Shown: positions 12,520-20,718 of the stretch, in pieces
How positions within the stretch are numbered: the first letter of the stretch is position 1
How the letters are laid out: each line of letters starts with the position of its first letter
From: Opitutia bacterium
GTDB taxonomy: Bacteria; Verrucomicrobiota; Kiritimatiellia; CAIQIC01; Lenti-01
DNA length: 64,000 nt
Assembly: GCA_009928955.1 (NCBI GenBank)
Contig: SABN01000002.1
Coordinates: 8,427 to 72,426 of the forward strand
Reading direction: 5' to 3'
The notes under the pieces: generated by a model
The model's database searches: none
What the model was told of the DNA's origin: nothing
The model's input: the letters and a program-made list of their open reading frames with translations, nothing else
Position numbers and translations under genes: made by a program

Positions 12520-13611
12520 CTACATCTGGAAAGCGGCCAGTTTCCGGAGGCGGGCGATGATGGGCAGGTGCTGGGTGCAACGGGATTCGCACAGGCCGCA
12601 TTCGACGCATTCGGCGGCCTTGGCGGGGGTCATGTCCCAATGGTATTTGTAGCGGGCGCGGATGTCGTCGTCGGAGGACTTGAGTTGCATCAGGTTGTGG
12701 ATGTCCATGAAGCGGGGGATGGGAATGCCCTGCGGGCAGGGCAGGCAATAGCCGCAGCCGGTGCACATCTCGTTGAAATCCTTCTGGATGGCGGCGCGAA
12801 TTTCTTCGAGGCGGGGAAGGGAGTGGGGCGTGAAGTCTTCCATGGCGCCGACGGCGGCGGCGACGTGGGCCTCGGAGCTGAACCCGACGAGGGCGGTGGT
12901 GATGCCGGGATCGGAGACGAGGAAACGCAGGGCGGCGGCGACGACATCGGGATCGCCGGGGGCGCGGATGAAGGCGAAGGCGTCGGGATGCTGCGGGATG
13001 AGGCCGCCGCCGAGGGGGTTCATGGCGACGACGCCCTTCTCCAGTCGGCGGGCCGCCTCGACGCCTTGCCGGCGGTAAGGAAAATTGATGGCGCAATAGC
13101 CGAGGGTGACGCCTTCGATCTCGGGATGTTCGGCGAGCAGCTGCGCGATCGCGGGCCCGTCCATGTGGGTGGAGACGCAGACATGGCCGATGAGCCCTTC
13201 TTCCTTGGCTTTCAGGGCTTCCCGGAGGGCGCCGCCGGCGACGCGGGATTTCCAGTCGGCAGGATCCATGACGCACCAGAGATGGAAGAAGGTGATCTGC
13301 GGGAGGCCGAGGCGGGCGAGGGATTTCTCCAGGCCGCGGCGGAAATCGGAGGCGGCGGGCCGGGAGCATTTGGAGGAGGTGTAGAGGGGGAGGGAAGAGG
13401 CGGGCATGGAGCGGAGCGCTTCGCCGAAGATGGCCTCGCTCTGGTCGTCGCAATAGAAAGGGGCGGTGTCGAAATAGGTGATGCCGGCGCGGCGGGCGGC
13501 GTGCAGGAGGGCGACGCCGGCATCGTGGTTTCGGGGGTCGGGCAGGCGCATGCCGCCGAACCCGATCGCGGACAACTGCTTGCCGGTTTGGCCATAAGAT
13601 TTGTACCGCAC
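12520..13611 (-). CDS. aldo/keto reductase with C-terminal 4Fe-4S cluster-binding domain
   Basis: AKR N-terminus MRYKSYGQTGKQLSAIGFGGMRL. C-terminal Cys clusters CTGCGYCLPCP and CVECGLCESRC. Confidence 0.88.
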   Translation of the reverse strand: MRYKSYGQTGKQLSAIGFGGMRLPDPRNHDAGVALLHAARRAGITYFDTAPFYCDDQSEAIFGEALRSMPASSLPLYTSSKCSRPAASDFRRGLEKSLARLGLPQITFFHLWCVMDPADWKSRVAGGALREALKAKEEGLIGHVCVSTHMDGPAIAQLLAEHPEIEGVTLGYCAINFPYRRQGVEAARRLEKGVVAMNPLGGGLIPQHPDAFAFIRAPGDPDVVAAALRFLVSDPGITTALVGFSSEAHVAAAVGAMEDFTPHSLPRLEEIRAAIQKDFNEMCTGCGYCLPCPQGIPIPRFMDIHNLMQLKSSDDDIRARYKYHWDMTPAKAAECVECGLCESRCTQHLPIIARLRKLAAFQM

Positions 13612-13715
13612 GGAAAAATCTCCTTAGGTGCTTGACGATAGCGCGGTTGGAGGGATATAAACAAGCCATGAATCTGCAGCAGCGTTCATCGTGTGGACAT
13701 CCGGTTTCCGGGGAG

Positions 13716-16541
13716 ATGGATACGAGTATGAGAACACGCAAGGGTACAGGCCTCGTCGCCGGGCTGTTGAGTTTCATCGTCGCGGGAATGGCGTGGGCGG
13801 GAGTCGACGAAGATTTCGAATTTGCTTCCGGACTGGTTTCCTTCACGCCGTCGTTCCCCGAGTTCGCCCAGAAGGTGGTGGACGAGGTGCTGGCGAAGGA
13901 TCCGAGCCAGAAGGACCGCAGCAAGATCATCCAGGCGGAGATCCTGATCAAGCGCCGTCAGTTCGCGGAGGCGGAGGCGCTGATCAACGAGATGGGCCTC
14001 TCCAATCCGAAGTCGCAGGCGATCAGCCTGGCGCTGGCGAAGAATTATTTCGCGATCGGGGAAACCGACAAGGCGCGGACGCTGTACGACGCCTTCTTCA
14101 AGCAATACGAGACGCAGAAGCCGACGGACAAGGACGTGGCGCGCTTCTATCGCGACGCCGCGTTTCAATATGCCCAGATGAAGGAGATGATCGGCGACCA
14201 TGTGGCCTCGGCGGCGGCTTTCCAGCGGGTGGAGGACATCGTCGAGTCCAAGGAGCAAAAGCGGTCCATGATGCTCTTCCGCGCGCAGGCGCTGGTCAAG
14301 GCGGCGGAGCAGAAGGGCGGGGACGAGAAGAACAAGCTGCTGGACGATGCGAAGAAGGTGTGCGAGGCGCTGCAATGGGGCGGGCTGGACCTGCAGTTCG
14401 TGGATTCCATCGTCATCATGGCCAACATCGAGTTGGCGCGGGGCAATTCGGCGGGGGCCAAGAAGACGTTGATGCAGTACATGGACATCATCAAGCCGAT
14501 CGACGAGACGATCAAGGCGGAAGGCCTGCCGATGCGGGAGAGTCCGATGGCCGGCGCCCGCTCGCTGCTGGGCCGGCTGCTGAAGGAAGAGGCCGACGGG
14601 CTGGCCGGGCAGCCGGGCAAGGAGAGCGAGGCCATCGCAGCCTACAGCGGGGCGCTCGGCGAATACTACAATGTCTTCGTCAAATACGGCGACAGTCCGT
14701 GGGGGCCGACGGCCGGGCTGGAGTCCAAGGCCATCAAGGAAATCCTGGAAGCCAAGTATGGCAAGGTGGTGAAGATCGATCTGCCGCCGGAGTTGGCCAA
14801 CGCGGCGGCGGGCACGGAATTCCGGATGGCCGACAATCTTTTCCTGCAGAAGAAGTACGCCGAAGCGGCGGCGGAATACTTGCGCGTGCTGGCGCAGTTC
14901 CCGGAGGCGGGCGAGTTGTCGGTGGGCGCGCTGGGCAATCTGGTGCAGTGCTACATGAACCTGAATGATTCGCTCTACGCGAAGATGACGGCCAACTACC
15001 TGGGCGAACGCTTCGCCAAGAAGAGCGACATTCCCGCCAAGGCGCTGGCCTCGGTGGCTCAGCTCTACAACAAGGCGGGAAACGCCGAGATGTCCCTGTA
15101 CATGTTCGACCGCTACCTGGCCTATTGCCCGACGGATCCGAATGCGGGCAAGATCCTGTTCTATCTGGCCGCCAAGGCGGAGCAGGATGGCAAGCAGGAT
15201 CTGGCGGACGCCTATCTGGCCAAGATCATCACGGATTACCCAGAGGATCTGAACTATCCCAAGGCGCTGAGCAAGCGCGCGTGGAAATCCTATATGGACA
15301 AGGATTATGCGGGCGCCATCCCCGGGATGACGCTCTACATCGCGGAGTCCGTGGCCAGCCCCACGCGGGCGCAGGCGATGTTCGCCCTGGGCGACAGCCT
15401 CCGCCGCACGGACAAGATGACCGATGCCGTCCGCCAATTCGACGCCTTGGTCAAGGCGATTTCGCCCGCGAACAACCCCTATGGCCGGTCCGTCGAGGAC
15501 ATCAAACGGAACGAAGCGCTGCTGGAACAGACCCGGTTCTATCTCGCCTTCAGCCTGAGCCGCCTGCCGAGCGACGGCACCCGCCGGGCCGCCATCGCGA
15601 AGATCGACGAATTCCTGGGCTTGTATCCGCAGTCGGCCTTGGCGGCGAAGGCGCTCAACCTGAAGGGGTCCCTCCAGATGGCGATGAAGGATCCGGGGGC
15701 GAACGAGACCTTCGCGCGGCTGGCGCGGGACTATCCTTCCACGGACGAAGGCAAGAGCGCCCAGTATGCGCGCATCAACGGCGCGCTGGAACTGGGCCAG
15801 TTCGACCAGGCCCAGGCGGCGCTCGCCGCCATGCTGGCGAGCCCGGCGAGCTATTCCGTGGAGGAATTCGCGCGCGTCGGACAGGCCATGCTCGACAAGG
15901 CCCAGTGGAACGAGACCATCCAGGCTTTCGGGCAGGTCGTCGGCAAGACGGAGAACCGCCCGCTGCTGGAGCGCGCGCTCTACGGCATCGGCGCGGCCAA
16001 GTACGAGCTGGGCGATTCCGCCGGCGCGGTGGAATCGCTCAACGACCTGATGACCCGTTGGCCCAACTCCGGATTGTTCTACCAAGCCAAGTTCAAGCTC
16101 GCCAGCGCCAACCTGAAGCTGAACCAGATCGCCGCCGCGAAGATCGCGCTCAACGACGTGTTCAAGTATGCCCGCGAAGCCGAGCTGGTCAACGACGCCA
16201 GCTTGCTTTACGCCCAGGTGCTCCTGCAGGACGGCGACCAGATCGGCGCGCTGGCGACCTACAAGCGCCTGGAATATTTCAGCAGCCAGAACATGAAGAC
16301 CGAAAAGGAGCGCGCCCAGATCGAAACGGCCATCCTGGCCGGCATCGAGCTGGCCACGGAGATGGGGCGGTTCGCCGATGTGCTGGAAAGCTGCGACCGC
16401 TATCTGCAGCTCTATCCCACCAGCCCGAAGATCAACGACATCCGCCAGAAACGCACCACGGCCACCCTGCAGGTCGCCGCGGACGTGGCGGTTCCGGCCG
16501 CGCCGGCGGCCCCCGTTTCACCCGCCGGAACCACGCCTTAA
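13716..16541 (+). CDS. secreted tetratricopeptide-repeat protein (large)
   Basis: Signal-anchor (GLVAGLLSFIVAGMAWAG) followed by about 900 aa of TPR-like helical repeats. Start taken at the ATG at 13716, preceded by GGGGAG (alternative start 13728). First gene of the ExbBD operon. Confidence 0.8.
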   Translation: MDTSMRTRKGTGLVAGLLSFIVAGMAWAGVDEDFEFASGLVSFTPSFPEFAQKVVDEVLAKDPSQKDRSKIIQAEILIKRRQFAEAEALINEMGLSNPKSQAISLALAKNYFAIGETDKARTLYDAFFKQYETQKPTDKDVARFYRDAAFQYAQMKEMIGDHVASAAAFQRVEDIVESKEQKRSMMLFRAQALVKAAEQKGGDEKNKLLDDAKKVCEALQWGGLDLQFVDSIVIMANIELARGNSAGAKKTLMQYMDIIKPIDETIKAEGLPMRESPMAGARSLLGRLLKEEADGLAGQPGKESEAIAAYSGALGEYYNVFVKYGDSPWGPTAGLESKAIKEILEAKYGKVVKIDLPPELANAAAGTEFRMADNLFLQKKYAEAAAEYLRVLAQFPEAGELSVGALGNLVQCYMNLNDSLYAKMTANYLGERFAKKSDIPAKALASVAQLYNKAGNAEMSLYMFDRYLAYCPTDPNAGKILFYLAAKAEQDGKQDLADAYLAKIITDYPEDLNYPKALSKRAWKSYMDKDYAGAIPGMTLYIAESVASPTRAQAMFALGDSLRRTDKMTDAVRQFDALVKAISPANNPYGRSVEDIKRNEALLEQTRFYLAFSLSRLPSDGTRRAAIAKIDEFLGLYPQSALAAKALNLKGSLQMAMKDPGANETFARLARDYPSTDEGKSAQYARINGALELGQFDQAQAALAAMLASPASYSVEEFARVGQAMLDKAQWNETIQAFGQVVGKTENRPLLERALYGIGAAKYELGDSAGAVESLNDLMTRWPNSGLFYQAKFKLASANLKLNQIAAAKIALNDVFKYAREAELVNDASLLYAQVLLQDGDQIGALATYKRLEYFSSQNMKTEKERAQIETAILAGIELATEMGRFADVLESCDRYLQLYPTSPKINDIRQKRTTATLQVAADVAVPAAPAAPVSPAGTTP

Positions 16542-16565
16542 TTTGGAAAAGGGAGAAGAAAAGCC

Positions 16566-17354
16566 ATGAAGACAAATAAACTCATCCTGATCGGTCTGGC
16601 CGCAGCCTGTGTCGCCGGGACGGCCCTGGCGGCTCCCTATGTGATGATGCCCAACGGAAGCCGGGTGGACGGCACGGCCATCCGCGCCCTCTCGACCGGG
16701 GACATCAACCTGACCACCGACGTGGGCGTGCGCACCTTCCCCAAGGGCAGCTACCTGAAGGCCGTCGCCGACAAGCCGGCGGAGTACGACCAGGCTGTCG
16801 CCGCGCGCAACGCCAAGAAATACGACGACGCGGTCAAGCTGCTGGAAGGCGTCGTGGTGCGCTTCCGCTATCTCGGATGGGATGTGGAGGCCTCGAAGCT
16901 GCTGGCGCAGGTCCTGCTGGAGAAGGGCGACGCGGAGGGCGCCGTGCAGGCCTATGAGAAGCTCTTCCTCGTGTCGCCCGAGGCCAGGCAGAATGCCGAC
17001 GTGGCCTGGGGCCTGCGCCGCGCCATGCTGCAGGCGAAACAGTATCCCGCGTTGCTCCGCCAGCTCGACGCGGTGGCCGCCTCGGGAAGCCGGCCCGACG
17101 CCGCCCGGGCCCAGACCATGCGGGGCGACATCCAGCTGGCCCAGAACAATCTCGAGCTGGCCGCGATGGATTACCTGCGCACCGCCATCCTCTTCCAAGA
17201 CGTGAAGGATGTCGCGATCCAAGGCGAGGCCCACTTCAAGGCCGCTTCCGCCCTCGAGCAGATGCGCGAGCCGCGCGCGAAGGATTTGTACAAGAAAGTG
17301 GTCTCGGAATACGGGGCGTCCCCCTATGCCGCGCAGGCCAAAGGCAAGATCTAG
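16566..17354 (+). CDS. secreted TPR-like protein (small)
   Basis: Signal peptide MKTNKLILIGLAAACVAGTALAAP followed by TPR-like helices. 262 aa. Confidence 0.8.
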   Translation: MKTNKLILIGLAAACVAGTALAAPYVMMPNGSRVDGTAIRALSTGDINLTTDVGVRTFPKGSYLKAVADKPAEYDQAVAARNAKKYDDAVKLLEGVVVRFRYLGWDVEASKLLAQVLLEKGDAEGAVQAYEKLFLVSPEARQNADVAWGLRRAMLQAKQYPALLRQLDAVAASGSRPDAARAQTMRGDIQLAQNNLELAAMDYLRTAILFQDVKDVAIQGEAHFKAASALEQMREPRAKDLYKKVVSEYGASPYAAQAKGKI

Positions 17355-17392
17355 GGCGGAACCGGTTTAAAAAACGAGCAAGGAGAAATATC

Positions 17393-18199
17393 ATGTCCAA
17401 GAAATCTCGGTTGGTGGTGTGGATGGTGTGGATGGCGGCCTTGGTGCTGCTGCCGGGCGTCGCTTTGGCGCAAGAGGGGGCGGCCGCCGCGGGCGGCGCG
17501 GGCGAGTTGGTGATGGACCAGGCGACGGCGGCCTCGTCGGCCAGCGACGGCGGCGGAATGGGCCTGTGGTCCGTCATCGCCGGTTCCGGTTGGCTGGGCA
17601 TCGTCCTCTGGATGGCCTTGCTGGGCTGCTCCGTGGCCGCCGCATGGCTGGCCATCGACTTCTTCATCACCGTCAATCCCAAGAAGATCATTCCGGATTC
17701 GCTGGTGAACGATGTCCGCGAGGCGATGGAGCAGGGCGACGTGATGAAGGCGCTGCAGCGCTGCGAGCAGGATCAAGGCTCGCTGTCGTCGATCCTGATG
17801 GCCGGATTCCGCAACGTGAAGGAAGGGTTCGAAGTGATCCAGGAGCAGGTCGGGTCGGCGGCCGATCTGGAGAGCGAAAAGTTGATGCAGCGCGTGTCCT
17901 ACCTGAACATGTGCGGCAGCATCGCCCCGATGCTCGGGCTGCTCGGCACGGTGCAAGGCATGATCATGGCGTTCGCCAACCTGGCCAACACGCAGGCGGG
18001 CGCGGCCCAGCAATCCATGCTGGCCACGAACATCGCCCAAGCCCTCTGGACCACGGCGGCGGGCCTCTGCGTGGCCATCCCGGCCGTCTCGCTCTACACC
18101 TACTTCAAGAACCGCCTCTCCCGCATCATCCTGAGCATGGAAGGCCTCACGATGGACCTGATCAAGGCCCTGCGGAACGTGGAAGTGGTGGAAGAATAG
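17393..18199 (+). CDS. exbB: MotA/TolQ/ExbB proton-channel family protein
   Basis: C-terminal core SIAPMLGLLGTVQGMIMAF...LWTTAAGLCVAIPAVSLYTYF is typical of ExbB/TolQ. It has a cleavable-looking N-terminal signal. Confidence 0.9.
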   Translation: MSKKSRLVVWMVWMAALVLLPGVALAQEGAAAAGGAGELVMDQATAASSASDGGGMGLWSVIAGSGWLGIVLWMALLGCSVAAAWLAIDFFITVNPKKIIPDSLVNDVREAMEQGDVMKALQRCEQDQGSLSSILMAGFRNVKEGFEVIQEQVGSAADLESEKLMQRVSYLNMCGSIAPMLGLLGTVQGMIMAFANLANTQAGAAQQSMLATNIAQALWTTAAGLCVAIPAVSLYTYFKNRLSRIILSMEGLTMDLIKALRNVEVVEE

Positions 18200-18225
18200 C
18201 CTTCGCCTCCCCCGAAGAGTCGACC

Positions 18226-18651
18226 ATGAGAAAAAACAAGTTTCCAGATGCCCAGCTGGACATGACGCCGATGATCGACGTCGTGTTCCAGCTGATCATC
18301 TTCTTCGTCGTCACGGTGGATCTGCAAACCAAGGCCGTCGACACCAAGATCCGCTTGGCGATGTCGCCGAACGGGCCGGTCGAGGAGCAGAAAGACCCGC
18401 GGACGGTGGTGGTGGACGTGGATGCCGACGGCGACATCTCCATCATGCGCACCCGCCTGAGCGAAGGGCAGCTGTTCAACATCCTGAACAAAGCCCGGAA
18501 CGAGTCGGGACAGAGCACGCCCATCGTGATCCGCGGCGACTTCCAGGCGAAGCACGAGGCGGTCAAGCGGGTGATGGACGTCTGCGGCAAGGCGGGCCTC
18601 TGGAAGATCCGCTTCGCCGCCCTCAAGGAAAAAGCGACGCCCCCCTCCTAA
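18226..18651 (+). CDS. exbD: biopolymer transporter ExbD/TolR
   Basis: MRKNKFPDAQLDMTPMIDVVFQLIIFFVV with the conserved TM Asp. Start at 18226 within track ORF 17419..18651. Confidence 0.9.
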   Translation: MRKNKFPDAQLDMTPMIDVVFQLIIFFVVTVDLQTKAVDTKIRLAMSPNGPVEEQKDPRTVVVDVDADGDISIMRTRLSEGQLFNILNKARNESGQSTPIVIRGDFQAKHEAVKRVMDVCGKAGLWKIRFAALKEKATPPS

Positions 18652-18666
18652 AGAAAAGGGAATTCC

Positions 18667-19080
18667 ATGGCTAGACAACGGAAAAAACCTGAAATGGCGG
18701 CCGGGCAGCTCGAAATGACGCCCATGATCGACGTGGTGTTTCAGCTGCTGATCTACTTCATCGTGACGATCAAGCCGGTGGATGTGGTCAGCAACCTGGA
18801 TGTGTTCCGGCCGGCGCCGGACAGCAAGGCGGATCCAAGCGACAAGCCCCCGCAGCTGATCCGGGTCGGCGTGTATCAAGATGGCTACACCATCAACGAC
18901 AATCCGATCTCGCTGGACGGACTGGACACCGCCTTCGCCCGGATGGCCTCCATCGATGCGGGACAGACGGTCATGATCACGGTGTCGGCGGTGTCGGAGC
19001 ACGGCAAGCTGGTCCGCGCCTTGGATCTGTGCGCGAAGAACGGCCTGAAGAGCCTTTCGGTGGTCAGCGCCTCGAACTAG
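18667..19080 (+). CDS. exbD: biopolymer transporter ExbD/TolR (second copy)
   Basis: LEMTPMIDVVFQLLIYFIVT with the conserved TM Asp. 137 aa. Confidence 0.9.
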   Translation: MARQRKKPEMAAGQLEMTPMIDVVFQLLIYFIVTIKPVDVVSNLDVFRPAPDSKADPSDKPPQLIRVGVYQDGYTINDNPISLDGLDTAFARMASIDAGQTVMITVSAVSEHGKLVRALDLCAKNGLKSLSVVSASN

Positions 19081-19111
19081 AATTTGGCACGCTGGGAGAA
19101 CGGAGAGAGCC

Positions 19112-20593
19112 ATGGATGCATCAATCAGGGCGTTGCATAAAAATGTGATGGAATGGATGGCGGGCCCGACCGGGTCCGTCACCCTCCATGTGGCCATGAT
19201 TTTGGCCCTGTTGTTCCTGGTGGATTTCTCCACCAAGGAGAAGCAGTCGGAGATCGAAGTCAAGATCGTCGACGTCGACGATCAGCAGCTGGATGAACTG
19301 CTCGAAGATCTCAAGCCCCCCGAAGATCTGCCGGAGATGGTGGATACCGTCACGCCGCCGGATGTCAACATGGACATGACTCCGCCCCCGGACGTCCAGG
19401 ATTTCGCCGCCGCGCCCGTCATGGACACGGTGACCGAGCTGGACATCGCCTCCGACGCGATCAGCCCGATCATCATGAAAGGGCTGGCCCCCGGCCAGAT
19501 GTCCAACCGCAGCGGCGCGGGCCGCGCGGCCTCCATCGGCGCCTTCGGCGGCCAATGGGGGCAATATGCCGAAGCCGCGGTGCTGCGCGCGCTGGAATGG
19601 CTGCGCATCAACCAGAACCCGGAAGGCTCTTGGGGCACGAACGACAAGGAAGCCTATGCGGGGCTGGCCATCCTCACCTACCTGGCGCACGGCGAAACCA
19701 CCGCATCCGAGAAATATGGCCAGACCGTGGAACGGGCCATCCGCTATCTGGTCGCCCGCCAGAACGAAAAGGGTGAATTTGTTAAAACCGAGGGGGCCGG
19801 GGGCGTGTATGCCCATGCCATTGCGACCTACGGCATCAGCGAAGCGTATGGCATGACCCGCATCCCTTCCCTCAAGCCCGTCATGGAAAAAAGCATTCAG
19901 TTGCTGCTCAATGGGCAACAAGGCCATGGCGGCTGGGTCATGTATACGTTTGATAAAGGCGAATCCGGCAAGTGGGACGTGTCGCTTTCCGGGTTTTGCA
20001 TTCAGGCGCTGAAGGCCGCCTACATCGCCGGCGCAGAAAACCCGGGGCTGAAAGCGGCCATGGACAAAGCGGCGGCCTTCTTGATCCAGCGGCAGCGTGA
20101 AGACGGCGGATTCCCGTATTCCGCCGCCAATCCAGGCCGCCAGCCCAACATGACCGCCGTCGGGGTCCTCTGCCTGCAACTGCTCGGCTATGGAAATGAC
20201 CCGGCCACCAAGTCGGGCCTGAGCTTTCTCCGCGATGCGGATTGCAGCTGGCAAAAGCCCGAGCAAGCGCCCATCTATTCCTGGTACTATGTCAGCCAGG
20301 CCAAGTTCCACCAAGGGGGGGCGTCATGGACGGGTTGGAACAACAAGTTTGCCCCCACGCTCATTCGGAATCAAAATCCAGATGGCAGTTGGGTCTCGCC
20401 CGGCCATGCCTTGCCGGGAGATGGCGTCACCAGGGAATTCCGGGGGGAAGGGATCAACAGCCAGTTGTACGCCACCACCTTGGCCGCGCTGACCTTGCAG
20501 GTCTATTACCGCTTCCTGCCGACCTATCAGCCCATCGAAACCAAGACCATCGACCAGAAGTCTGAAACCGATGTGCAGATCGAGATCATGTAG
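19112..20593 (+). CDS. TonB-like membrane anchor + Pro-rich linker fused to prenyltransferase/squalene-cyclase-repeat (alpha/alpha toroid) domain, copy 1
   Basis: N-terminal TM helix GSVTLHVAMILALLFLV (S-x3-H) and a Pro/Asp-rich linker (KPPEDLPEMVDTVTPPDVNMDMTPPPDV). About 330 aa follow with repeated ...LRALEWLRINQNPEGSWG..., RQNEKGEF, GQQGHGGW, RQREDGGFPY, NQNPDGSW motifs. Confidence 0.85.
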   Translation: MDASIRALHKNVMEWMAGPTGSVTLHVAMILALLFLVDFSTKEKQSEIEVKIVDVDDQQLDELLEDLKPPEDLPEMVDTVTPPDVNMDMTPPPDVQDFAAAPVMDTVTELDIASDAISPIIMKGLAPGQMSNRSGAGRAASIGAFGGQWGQYAEAAVLRALEWLRINQNPEGSWGTNDKEAYAGLAILTYLAHGETTASEKYGQTVERAIRYLVARQNEKGEFVKTEGAGGVYAHAIATYGISEAYGMTRIPSLKPVMEKSIQLLLNGQQGHGGWVMYTFDKGESGKWDVSLSGFCIQALKAAYIAGAENPGLKAAMDKAAAFLIQRQREDGGFPYSAANPGRQPNMTAVGVLCLQLLGYGNDPATKSGLSFLRDADCSWQKPEQAPIYSWYYVSQAKFHQGGASWTGWNNKFAPTLIRNQNPDGSWVSPGHALPGDGVTREFRGEGINSQLYATTLAALTLQVYYRFLPTYQPIETKTIDQKSETDVQIEIM

Positions 20594-20616
20594 GACATCC
20601 GCCTCTGGGCATCCTG

Positions 20617-20648
20617 CCGCGCGCCTTTCCGGGCGCGCGTTTTTTTTG
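20617..20648 (+). terminator. rho-independent terminator
   Basis: CCGCGCGCC-TTTCC-GGGCGCGCG stem-loop followed by T8. Confidence 0.75.
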
Positions 20649-20718
20649 GCGTTTTTTTGAAAAATTCCGCTGGCCTACGGCCGGGGCGGGGGGTATCCTC
20701 ACAGTCAAGGAGGCGCGT

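Noticed and set aside
12275-13951. 558-aa minus ORF, extremely Arg/Pro-rich
   Set aside because: It is an out-of-frame overlap with the recognisable aldo/keto reductase (12520..13611), and its composition is nonsense-like.
13686-16085. 799-aa minus ORF, plus 13691..14968 and 15125..16579 on the + strand
   Set aside because: These are shadow or alternate-frame ORFs of the TPR protein gene, with Arg/Gly/Gln/Pro-biased composition.
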